DNA of 63,477 nucleotides, counting the filler, from Octopus bimaculoides (taxonomy: Eukaryota): assembly GCF_001194135.2 (NCBI RefSeq). It is 5 parts of 5 records of this genome, joined end to end, with 100 filler letters (N's around TTAATTAATTAA, not from the genome) between each part and the next. Parts side by side here need not be neighbours in the genome. Positions count along the whole stretch, not along the records: positions 1 to 23,326 come from NC_068985.1; 4 more parts are not named here. One strand, written 5' to 3'. The first letter of the stretch is position 1, and every line of letters begins with the position of its first letter. The position numbers and the translations under genes are program-made. Below, piece after piece: positions 1-10,564 of the stretch. A model generated the notes under the pieces. It did no database searches. It saw only the letters and a program-made list of their open reading frames with translations, and was not told the origin of the DNA.

Positions 1-54
1 TGCGTGTGCGTGCAAATATAATACCTGTGTGTACGTCTGTATGTGTGTGTATGT

Positions 55-750
<696 letters not shown>

Positions 751-873
751 GTGAGGGAGAGATTGTGAGATTAGTTAAGTGAGTAAGTCAACAGTTAAGT
801 GTGTGTATGTGTGTTGATATACGGATGAGTTGTGTGCTATCGCCTGTCTATGTGTCTGTCTATGGTGTAAAAG

Positions 874-990
874 TACAGGCATACGAGTACCTCAACTTAC
901 GTTTTTTCGAGTTATGTCGTTTTCGAGTTTACGACGTCGGTTTCTGATTTTAATGAAATGAACCTCAACTTTACGTCGGTTTCTGCAAAC
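874..990 (+). mobile_element. Possible pogo/Tigger-like DNA transposon terminus
   Basis: TA followed by CAGGCATAC, resembling Tigger termini, with subterminal repeats cctcaactt(t)acg x2 and acgtcggtttctg x2. No partner TIR found. Confidence 0.3.
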
Positions 991-1320
991 ATTCAAAGGC
1001 CACAAAATACAGTTGATACCTAGAAAAATAGTGACTAATCAATCGCCAGGTGACGTAAATAGCTGCCACGACTTGCTTGAAGAACCTGTGCACCTACAGG
1101 TAGGTGGCACTTAGAACAGCAAGAGACTCATTCGGCCAAAATAGAATATTATTGTTTGCCATAGTAGTGAGTACTTCGACAGTCAACACTAAACGCTGAA
1201 ATAAATACCAGTACGTACGTACGTACGTACGTATGTATGTATGTATGTATGTATGTATGTATGTATGTGTGTATGTATGTATGTATGTATGTATGTATGT
1301 GTGTATGTATGAATGTATGT

Positions 1321-2427
1321 CATCAGTTTTATTTCAAAATTTCTTGTCAATACAGAAAGAGCCGATTTCCAACCTAGATCCATGACTCCTTCTTTGGAAT
1401 TTTAACAACACCAACAGGATATGTATCTATGTTTATGTGAAGATTTGTATGTTTTGTTTTATGTGTGTATTCTCATGCATATAGTTGCATATTTAGAAAT
1501 GCTCATATATATTCAAATGATAAACTTCTGGAAAGTTTTACAGATTTTTACAGTTCCAGTAATGGCTTGGATATGTAGTCTTCGAATCAGCTTTCTCTTT
1601 TCTGGTTTTGAGAATTCTAATTTCTCAAGATTAGTACTTAGGCAGTGTGTTACATATCCCATTGCCCTAATAATTACAGATATAAACCTGAACTTGTAAT
1701 CTGGTTAGAGTACTGCAGATTTCTCAGTAGTTCAGCATAGGTGTTCTCTTTTTCACTGATCTTCAGCTTTATGTTAACATCCGCTGGGAAGCTGATTTCC
1801 ACAACTGTACACAATTTCTCTTCTTTATCCCTAATTATTATGTCAGGTCAATTGAGTTTTTCACTGGAACAATCCACCAGCACTCCTTTTTTTTTATTAT
1901 GAGTAGCGATGGCTTCTACCATACTGTGGGATCTTATTTCTTTGTCGTCGGGGTTATCCTTCCGGCGTATTTTATTATATAGTCTCCTAGCTACAATATC
2001 ATGTCCCAACGGTAGATAATACCGTGATGACATTTTCGAACAATTGCTTATGATATGGGTGACATCTTCGGTGTTAACTCCACAAAGTCTGCACTGGTTG
2101 TCACATTTTGCTGCTTTTTTCTGCATCTCTATCCCTTCTGTGCATCAGGTATTATTTGGCTGATATTTCATGTTCCTGGATTGCAAACATATACCCTTCA
2201 AAGAGAGAGCTAGCAATCCGGTTGTTGGTCCACGATAGACTGTTTTGATGCTCAATATCACAGTCATTCCTGAGCTTTCTACTAACATATCCATGCATGG
2301 TATTTTGCTGATATACGCTCATCTTTTCATATGATGATACGTTGCGGTAGAGTCGTGTGTCTTCTTTGGGCATGTATTTCGAGTTATGAGACAAGGAATG
2401 CTGCTGAAAGAGCTTCTTTCCAAGTCT
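1321..2427 (-). mobile_element. 5'-truncated R4/Dong-type REL non-LTR retrotransposon (CCHC knuckle, REL endonuclease, 3'UTR)
   Basis: Minus-strand translation across frameshifts: EGYMFAIQE.., CRLCGVNTEDVTHIISNCSKMSSRYYLPLGHD (CCHC), PDIIIRDKEEKLCTVVEISFPADVNI (PD..E REL motif), ..GTVKICKTFQKFII* ending about 1513. Both ends abut (TATG)n. Confidence 0.85.
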
Positions 2428-2561
2428 TATGTATGTATGTATGTATGTATGTATGTATGTATGTATGTATGTATGTATGTATGTATGTATGTACGTATGT
2501 ATGTGCACATACCTACATATATACATAAATAAGTATGTATTTGTACTCGTACGTATGTATG

Positions 2562-2592
<31 letters not shown>

Positions 2593-2862
2593 NNNNNNNN
2601 NNNNNNNNNNNNNNNNNNNNNNNNNNNNNNNNNNNNNNNNNNNNNNNNNNNNNNNNNNNNNNNNNNNNNNNNNNNNNNNNNNNNNNNNNNNNNNNNNNNN
2701 NNNNNNNNNNNNNNNNNNNNNNNNNNNNNNNNNNNNNNNNNNNNNNNNNNNNNNNNNNNNNNNNNNNNNNNNNNNNNNNNNNNNNNNNNNNNNNNNNNNN
2801 NNNNNNNNNNNNNNNNNNNNNNNNNNNNNNNNNNNNNNNNNNGTTTATCCTTTATCTTTTAC

Positions 2863-3240
2863 GTGTTTCAGTCATCAGATTGCAGCCATGCTGTGGTATC
2901 GCCATAAAGAATTTTCAGTTCAACGAAACGATCCCAGTCCTTTTTTGTTTTTACTTTTAAAGCCTGGTACATATTCTATCAATACTTTTTGCCGAACCGC
3001 TATGTTGCGGGGACGTTTATCAAGCGGTGGTGGTAGTGGGGGGGACAAGCACAGACACAAAGACACACACAGACAAATACATATATACAACGGGCCTCTT
3101 TCAGTTTTCGTCTACGAAATCCACTCGAAATGTTTTAGTCGGCCCAAGACCATCATAGAAGACGCTTGCCCAAGGTGCCACGCAATGGGACTGAACTCGG
3201 AACCATGTGGTTGGGAAGGAAGAATCTTACGATACAGCTA
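2863..3240 (-). mobile_element. SINE type A (tRNA-like head, CORE-like segment, internal microsatellite, 3' module)
   Basis: Matches more than 10 other copies in the window; contains ccttgggcaag and ttcggcaaaa..gatagaat motifs. Confidence 0.85.
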
Positions 3241-3305
3241 TGTTCGTTTATTAGGGTTTTTTTTACTTGTTTCAGTCAACGGAGTGCAGCCATGTTGCAT
3301 CCTGT

Positions 3306-3339
<34 letters not shown>

Positions 3340-3516
3340 GGAGGGAGAGAGGTGGGGGGAGACAGACAGACTGACAGAGACAGAGAGAGTGTTATAATCT
3401 CAGTTTGATCGGCCATGATATATGGATTAAGTTCCGGTCTTATCTGTCCTAGGGGCTCATGATTAGCCATTGCAGAGTAATGTGCCTGATCCCTAATTCT
3501 AAATAAAAGGAAGTCA

Positions 3517-4576
3517 ATGGCTGTAGTTAACGTCACAGATCCTCAACTCCGCTATAGGCACCAGTGTATGAGACGTGAGTGTCAAACAGAGTGACATGCT
3601 AACTCCGCCTACAAATAAATAACAGACAAGCTGTAATGTGAGAAAAAGATTAAAACATTCGCTATTCGCTTTGGTTTGTGTGCGCGCGTCGCGTGTGTGC
3701 GCGTGTGTGTGAGTGTGAATAATATCAGATCATATATAAATATATATATTAATATTATAGTCGTGGTTGTGTGGTAAGAAGCTTGTTTCCCACCCACATG
3801 GTTCCAGTGACTGCAGCAGGTAAAAAAGAGAGAAAGTCCAACCTTAAATTGTTGTTGTTGTTGGCACTCCGTCGCTTACGACGTCAAGGGTTCCAGTTGA
3901 TCCGATCAACGGAACAGCCTGCTCGTGAAATTAACGTGCATGTGGCTGAGCACTCCACAGACACGTGTACCCGTAACGTAGTTCTCGGGGATATTCAGCG
4001 TGACACAGTGTGACAAGGCTGACCCTTTGAATTACAGGCCCAACAGAAACAGGAAGTAAGAGTGAGAGAGAGTTGTGGTGAAAGAGTACAGCAGGGTTCG
4101 CCACCATCCCCTGCCGGAACCTCGTGGAGCTTTTAGGTGTTTTCGCTCAATAAACAACCACAACGCCCGGTCTGGGAATCGAAGCCGCGATCCTATGACC
4201 GCTGCCCTAACCACTGGGCCATTGCGCCTCCTCAACCTTAAGAGCAAACCAAACATCTAATACAAATTTCTTTCAGTACTCTTTTACAACGGACGTACAT
4301 TTATGTTGGCCGTAGTATTGATCTTGAGACATTGATGATTTGAAATACGTACCGATCGATACCCTAAATATCACATCTTTATTTCAGTTAATATCTTGTA
4401 GTCGATGCAACCCATAAACCCATCGCGTTCGGGTAACATATTCTACCACATTGATAATGTGTACTTAGCGCGAATCTAACCCTTTGCCTGTGTAAAGCAT
4501 TTTCTTAAGTTTATCCTAAACGACCACGTTTGTTTTCAGATTTTTAGCTGGCCTATGTTTCATACATTCTGAGTAA
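3517..4576 (+). CDS. Candidate 3-exon small ORF (41 aa, C-terminal hydrophobic stretch); exons 3517-3574, 4402-4432, 4540-4576
   Basis: GTGAGT and GTAACA donors, TTGTAG and TTTTCAG acceptors, phases 1 and 2 consistent, giving MAVVNVTDPQLRYRHQCMRLDATHKPIAFGFLAGLCFIHSE*. No homologue recognised. Confidence 0.25.
3851..4231 (-). mobile_element. SINE type B, full length, (CAA)n tail
   Basis: tRNA-like A box (TGGCCCAGTGG) and B box (GGCTTCGATTCC in this copy); TSD caaccttaa at 3839-3847 and 4233-4241. Confidence 0.92.
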
Positions 4577-5282
4577 ATTAAAGCTTTCCTTTCGTAAGTC
4601 TGAAGTTACACTGCTAGTTGACAAAAAAAGAAAAAAAAAAAAAAAANNNNNNNNNNAAAAAAAAAAAAAAAAAAAAAAAGGGAATGTGTATCATATATGA
4701 AGAATAGACACCAGGGAAATATGTTCTGAATATTACATGTTATTCACAGGATTAAATTATGTCTAAGTTAGTAGACGGTTACGTCATTACAAATTAAGTG
4801 AAATTTTGAGTGTTGTCTATGTTTACGCTTCATCCGTTTATTTTTATTAAAGAAATTAGATCAATATTGTAAAACGAGTAAAAAAAACCGTTACTGCAAT
4901 GGCTGGTACTGATACAAGAAAGAAAAAGCAAAAAAGAAAAAAGAAAAGGGTGGTTGTGAAAGTTCTTTGTTCAAAGACAAAAAAAAAAAAGAAGAAATAT
5001 AGATATTTATCTTTTCCATGGAAATAAAATATAAAGTGTGCGTTTTGTAAATATTCGGCTGAAGTTTATAAAAAGTACAATCTTGGAGATCGTTGTTTGA
5101 CCAAGCATGAGAAATACGATATCCTGAAAGGGAAACTAAGTTTTGACAAACCAACCTTTATGTAAACAGCAATTTATTTTCAAAAATACGTTAATGTAAA
5201 TATTTCCGTATAGCAAACGAAGCAAGTTCTGAACGGTGAGAGTTAACTAAATAATAAATGAATAAATAAATAAACAAATAAA

Positions 5283-5586
5283 ATGGCTCTCCGTCGATTA
5301 CTACGACGGACGTTCCAGTTGATCCGATCAATGGAATAGCCTGCTCGTGAATTTAACGTGAAAGCGGCTGAGCACTCAAGAGACACGTGCACCCTTAACG
5401 TAGTTCATAAGGAGATTCAGTGTGCCAAAGAACGTGACAAAGTTGGCCTCTTTGATAGATAGGTACCACTAATTTTTGCCAGATGAGAGGACTGGAGCAG
5501 CGTGAAGTGAAATGTCTTGCTCAAGGACACAACGCACGGTGGAGAATCGAACTCAAGACCTTACAATACTATTAAGCTACACCCCT
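5283..5586 (-). mobile_element. SINE type B' (tRNA head, CORE-like segment, type-B 3' module)
   Basis: tccttgagcaagacatttcacttcacgctgctccagtcc core followed by the same 3' module as type B. Confidence 0.75.
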
Positions 5587-6828
5587 CATAAATAAATTAA
5601 TTAATTAAAATAAAAGAACTCACATTATACACCAGACATAATGTTTGCACCCCTATTTCCGAGACTATGGTCCTGACCGCTTAAAAAAAAAAAAAAAGCC
5701 AGGTCATGTCATATATGGGGCGGATGCGCCATTGCATGTTGGTATTTGCTTGGTATTTGGTTCATTTCTTTCTTCATTTTTTTTTAGGATCAGTAGCCCC
5801 TGAGGCTACAAGAGATAAGAGTGGGCAGTATCGTGCCAATCACAGCACATCTTGAAGCGAAGATAATTTTAATAAGCCAACAATTTATGTTGTATGGTCT
5901 TTGATATACCTGTATTTGTCTATGTTGTTCAAATACTTACCACTGGTGGCTGAGTTATTTTTCTTTGCTTGTTTTTGCTTAAATTATGCAAATTACCTCG
6001 GCTATACATGTGTTGTATTCTTTCTGTATACATCTAAGTCCCTTGTGTACTGGAGGTCAGGTCAGACAATTGTCATGTTGATGATGCCTATTGAGACAGG
6101 AACATTTATCCACGACTTTCTTCTTATCTCTAGACATGTCAGGTTTGCAGAATACTTGATTATTGAGATTATCTCCTTTTATCATGTCGAGCTGCTCTTA
6201 ACTGCTATTTCGTAATTATGATACATCCTTTAGATGTGGTGTTAAATTTCATAACTCAAGAATTTATATTGAATGATTTTTTGATAAACCTGGTTTTGTC
6301 TAAAATCGCAAGTGGTATGTTAGCATAGAGCCAATGATTGAAGTCATAATAGTCCTACGTTGTTAGTACAACAGGGGAAACGATCATAATTATGTTATGA
6401 CAAATAAGTAATGGCATCATTGAGGTTTATCATAGACCGTACCAGTGTGGTCACAACAACTTGAAGCCAACTAAGATAATTAAAACCACAGATCGCAGTT
6501 GTTAAAAAAAAAACAATAAAACACATTCATTTATCCTAAACACATCTTGCAAACAATATTTGCTCTATATTTCAAATTACAGCCCAACCTTCAATCGCTC
6601 CAATTATGTATCCTACTTACAAGATGAGTAGGATACATCCGTGTGAACGCACTCCGCAATACCAGGACTGACAAACAATAGAATATGGAGTGTTTGTTAG
6701 TCATTCACAAACTGATTATTAATAGAAATATGTTTCACAAAAAGCTATCGATTTTCTCTCGCTCTTTCTATCTCTTCTGATACCAACCTTGGAGTGAAGC
6801 TAAAATGTGAGGGATGTTCGGCGCTCTT

Positions 6829-6830
<2 letters not shown>

Positions 6831-6906
<76 letters not shown>

Positions 6907-6934
6907 ATTGTTGTTGTCGTTGTCGTCGTCGTCG

Positions 6935-6995
<61 letters not shown>

Positions 6996-7006
6996 TATCA
7001 TCATCA

Positions 7007-7059
<53 letters not shown>
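6831..7059. repeat. Compound trinucleotide microsatellite (ATT)n(GTT/GTC)n(ATC)n(ATT)n
   Basis: Directly visible; source of the poly-I/L/M ORFs. Confidence 0.97.
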
Positions 7060-7063
7060 GACT

Positions 7064-7205
7064 AAAGCGGCGAGCTGGCAGAAACGTTAGCACGCCGGGC
7101 GAAATGCTTAGCGGTATTTCGTCTGTCTTTACGTTCCGAGTTCAAATCCCACCGAGGTCGACTCTGCCTTTCATCCTGTCAGAGTCGATAAAATAAGTAC
7201 CAGTT
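7064..7205 (+). mobile_element. SINE type C, 5' half (interrupted by LINE fragment)
   Basis: gcggcgagctggcagaaacgttagcacgccgggcg..gagttcaaat..gtcgactctgcctttcatcc..gataaaataagtaccagtt. Confidence 0.88.
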
Positions 7206-8275
7206 CTGCCTCAGTTCTTGTGAATAGCTTCAAGTCATCCATGAATAGCAAGTGGTTCAATTTTTCCTTACCTCTTCTCAGATCATACCCGAACATTGTT
7301 TTCTGTAGTATTTCACTCAAGGGGATCATTTCGAGCACGAATATCAGTGGGGACACACTGTCCCACTGAAAGATTCCCCTCTTGATTTTCATCTCTCCTA
7401 GCACTTGCTTTCCTGCTGTCAATTCCTTTGTCCAGCATTTCATGCTATTCCATATAAGGCTTCTAATATTCTCTGCTACTCCATACATTTCCATTGTTCT
7501 TATTATCTAAGCGTGTGGTATCATATCGTGTGCTTTGCGATAGTCAACCCATGCCATGTTCAGGTTTATATGTTTTCTCTTGCAGTTCCTGATAATTAGA
7601 TTATCAATTAAGAGCTGATCCTTCGTTCCCTGGTCACTTTTTAGGCACCCTTTCTGTTCAATTGGTAGCAGCCCATTTTTTCCCAAGTATCTGTACAGTT
7701 CACCGGCCAAAGCACCTGATTAGCAAATGGCATGTTATTGGTCTAAAGTTGGATGCAACATTTCCCTTATCAGGATTCTTGGTACATAGCAATGTCTTTC
7801 CCTTTGTCATCCAACTAGGTACTGCACCTTCCTGCAAGCATTCATCTAGCTGTTGTACTATCATTTCATGGAGCCTTTTCAGCTTCTTCATCTAATAACC
7901 TTGGACCCCATCCGGTCCTGGGTACTTCCAAGTTGCGAATTACCTTAACTGCTTTTTTTTTTTATCATTTCTGTAGTTATCTTTATGTCTTCTTGGACTT
8001 CTGTATTTCTTAACCTATCTTGGATTTCATGCAGCCATTCCGCTTCATCATTATGCTCTACAGGTTGGTCCCAGATCCCTCTCCAGAACGCCTTGCTTTC
8101 CTCTGCATCTGGTATCCTTGTTAAATGTATTTTCCCTTCTAGTTTCTGAAACAGTTTCTTCTGATTTGCTTCAAACAATCTGTTTTGTCTGAACTGTCTT
8201 TTTCTATTGTTATATCTTTCCAGTTTTGCTTTGGTTGCTACTGCTCTTTGTTTCAATTCTTCCAATATTCTTCCA
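7206..8275 (-). mobile_element. R4/Dong-type non-LTR retrotransposon reverse transcriptase fragment (frameshifted)
   Basis: RQNRLFEANQKKLF..FWRGIW, SNFRPITC, EQKGC..GTKDQLLID, AWVDYRKAHDMIPH, RGIFQWDSVSPLIF, HLLFMDDLKLF. Confidence 0.93.
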
Positions 8276-8370
8276 ATAAAATACGTACCAGTTTAATACG
8301 ACTAGCCCCCAGCCCCCAAATTTTAGGCTTTGTGCTAGAATTTGAAACCAGTATCGTTATTATTATTGCT
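8276..8370 (+). mobile_element. SINE type C, 3' half
   Basis: ataaaatacgtaccagtt..cgactagcccc..gctttgtgc..tttgaaaccagt followed by an (ATT)n tail. Confidence 0.75.
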
Positions 8371-8407
8371 GTTGTTGTTGTTGTTGTTGTTGTTGCTGTT
8401 GTTGTTA

Positions 8408-8620
8408 AGTGGACGAGCTGGAAGAATCGTTTGTACGCCGGCAAAAACGTTTAGTGGCATTTCATCCGCCATTACGTTCTGAGTTCAAATTCCGCCAAGT
8501 TCGAATTTGCTTTTCATCCTTTCAGAATCGACGAAATAAGTACCAGTAGAAAACTGGGGTCGGCGTTATCGATAATCCCCCTCCCCTCAAAAATTGCTGG
8601 TGTTATACGAAAATTATAAT
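8408..8620 (+). mobile_element. SINE type C
   Basis: Full consensus motifs shared with the other type C copies. Confidence 0.85.
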
Positions 8621-8899
8621 TACTATTTATGTATTTATTTATTTGTTGAGTGACATCTTACAGATGCGTTAAATACTTCGTGTATTGTTAATCACGTGGT
8701 TGTAATTAAACTATTTTGTAAGCGAATGAAGTAAACTAATAGAGCAAAGAGTTTGATGTGGTCAATGTGGATGCCTTGTAATTGTTAATTATGACACATT
8801 CTACATACAACTTCCTGACAAGCCTTTTGACAAACACTATCATCACAGTGAAAGATGATCTTTATAGGGGGTTCCTATAAGGTTGTTATCCACCCCTGA

Positions 8900-9179
8900 T
8901 TGGAACTCTCCCGTATGACATGTACGCATGTTCAGTGACTTGCTTTAACAGTTGCAATCAGCTGAATGCACATTGCCAGTGACCTTTGACATAATTACCC
9001 ACACTCTGTGGTCAGGATTCTTTTTTTGGTTTGATGTCGGTATTGAAGGGATTACCAGACACCGGACAATACAGTGAGAGCAGCTTTCACTCACATCGTG
9101 GTATTCGATGCTGTGTACGTGTCTGTCGTGGTAAAATATGCCACTCCTTAACTGTTGCTTTGCTTTCATCCGTAGCACG
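8900..9179 (-). pseudogene. Decayed SWIM zinc-finger ORF, probably transposon-derived, truncated by N gap
   Basis: HVHSIEYHDVSESCSHCIVRCLVIPS..NPDHRVWVIMSKVTGNVHSADCNC, then after a frameshift KASH*TCVHV, i.e. a broken CxC..CxH motif. Confidence 0.65.
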
Positions 9180-10044
9180 NNNNNNNNNNNNNNNNNNNNN
9201 NNNNNNNNNNNNNNNNNNNNNNNNNNNNNNNNNNNNNNNNNNNNNNNNNNNNNNNNNNNNNNNNNNNNNNNNNNNNNNNNNNNNNNNNNNNNNNNNNNNN
9301 NNNNNNNNNNNNNNNNNNNNNNNNNNNNNNNNNNNNNNNNNNNNNNNNNNNNNNNNNNNNNNNNNNNNNNNNNNNNNNNNNNNNNNNNNNNNNNNNNNNN
9401 NNNNNNNNNNNNNNNNNNNNNNNNNNNNNNNNNNNNNNNNNNNNNNNNNNNNNNNNNNNNNNNNNNNNNNNNNNNNNNNNNNNNNNNNNNNNNNNNNNNN
9501 NNNNNNNNNNNNNNNNNNNNNNNNNNNNNNNNNNNNNNNNNNNNNNNNNNNNNNNNNNNNNNNNNNNNNNNNNNNNNNNNNNNNNNNNNNNNNNNNNNNN
9601 NNNNNNNNNNNNNNNNNNNNNNNNNNNNNNNNNNNNNNNNNNNNNNNNNNNNNNNNNNNNNNNNNNNNNNNNNNNNNNNNNNNNNNNNNNNNNNNNNNNN
9701 NNNNNNNNNNNNNNNNNNNNNNNNNNNNNNNNNNNNNNNNNNNNNNNNNNNNNNNNNNNNNNNNNNNNNNNNNNNNNNNNNNNNNNNNNNNNNNNNNNNN
9801 NNNNNNNNNNNNNNNNNNNNNNNNNNNNNNNNNNNNNNNNNNNNNNNNNNNNNNNNNNNNNNNNNNNNNNNNNNNNNNNNNNNNNNNNNNATGCATACAT
9901 ACATATATGCATACATACATATATGCATACGTAAAGTGCTTACGTACATACACACATACATTCATACATACATATACACATACATACGTACATTCATATA
10001 CAAAAAATACGTGCATACATGCATACACTCATGTTTATAAATAC

Positions 10045-10078
<34 letters not shown>

Positions 10079-10189
10079 GTACTCACACACATACACAATC
10101 ACGCGCACGCGCACTTACACTCTATACACACACGCATCTGTGAATGAACTTGTATCATACATTTATACATACATTACAGTTCCACTCAG

Positions 10190-10535
10190 TGAAGGCGCAT
10201 GGCTCAGTGGTTAGAGTGTCGAGCTTACAATCCCATGGTCATTCGTGACCGAAGGGGTTCTCCGACAGTTCCACTAACTAAACATTAACTAAACATTTTA
10301 GACCATTAACTCAACATTAGTACGAAAGATAATTACTGAAGCGATTGAAGTACGTGGAGTATAACAACTGGTGGTTACTTTACCGAATAAAGGCGCATGG
10401 CTCAGGGGTTAGAGCATCGTGCTGGCAATTATGAGGTAGTGAGTTCAATTCCCGGACTTGTACCTCGGGGTGGGGGTGAACATTCTAGGTGCAATCCTAT
10501 GGACATTCGTGACCAAAAGGGAACTTTATTTTACC
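10190..10535 (+). mobile_element. Two tRNA-headed SINE fragments (type E-like; 10190-10262 and 10391-10535)
   Basis: Both start aaggcgcatggctcag(t/g)ggttagag and end cattcgtgacc(g/a)aa(g/a)ggg. Confidence 0.65.
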
Positions 10536-10564
10536 GACTTCTTTGGGATAAAGAGACTTGAATT

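Noticed and set aside
5124-6060. Minus-strand donor (about 5935) and acceptor (5124), plus a strong + strand acceptor at 5788
   Set aside because: Joined frames give short, unrecognisable peptides with nearby stops; cannot be separated from chance splice-like sites.
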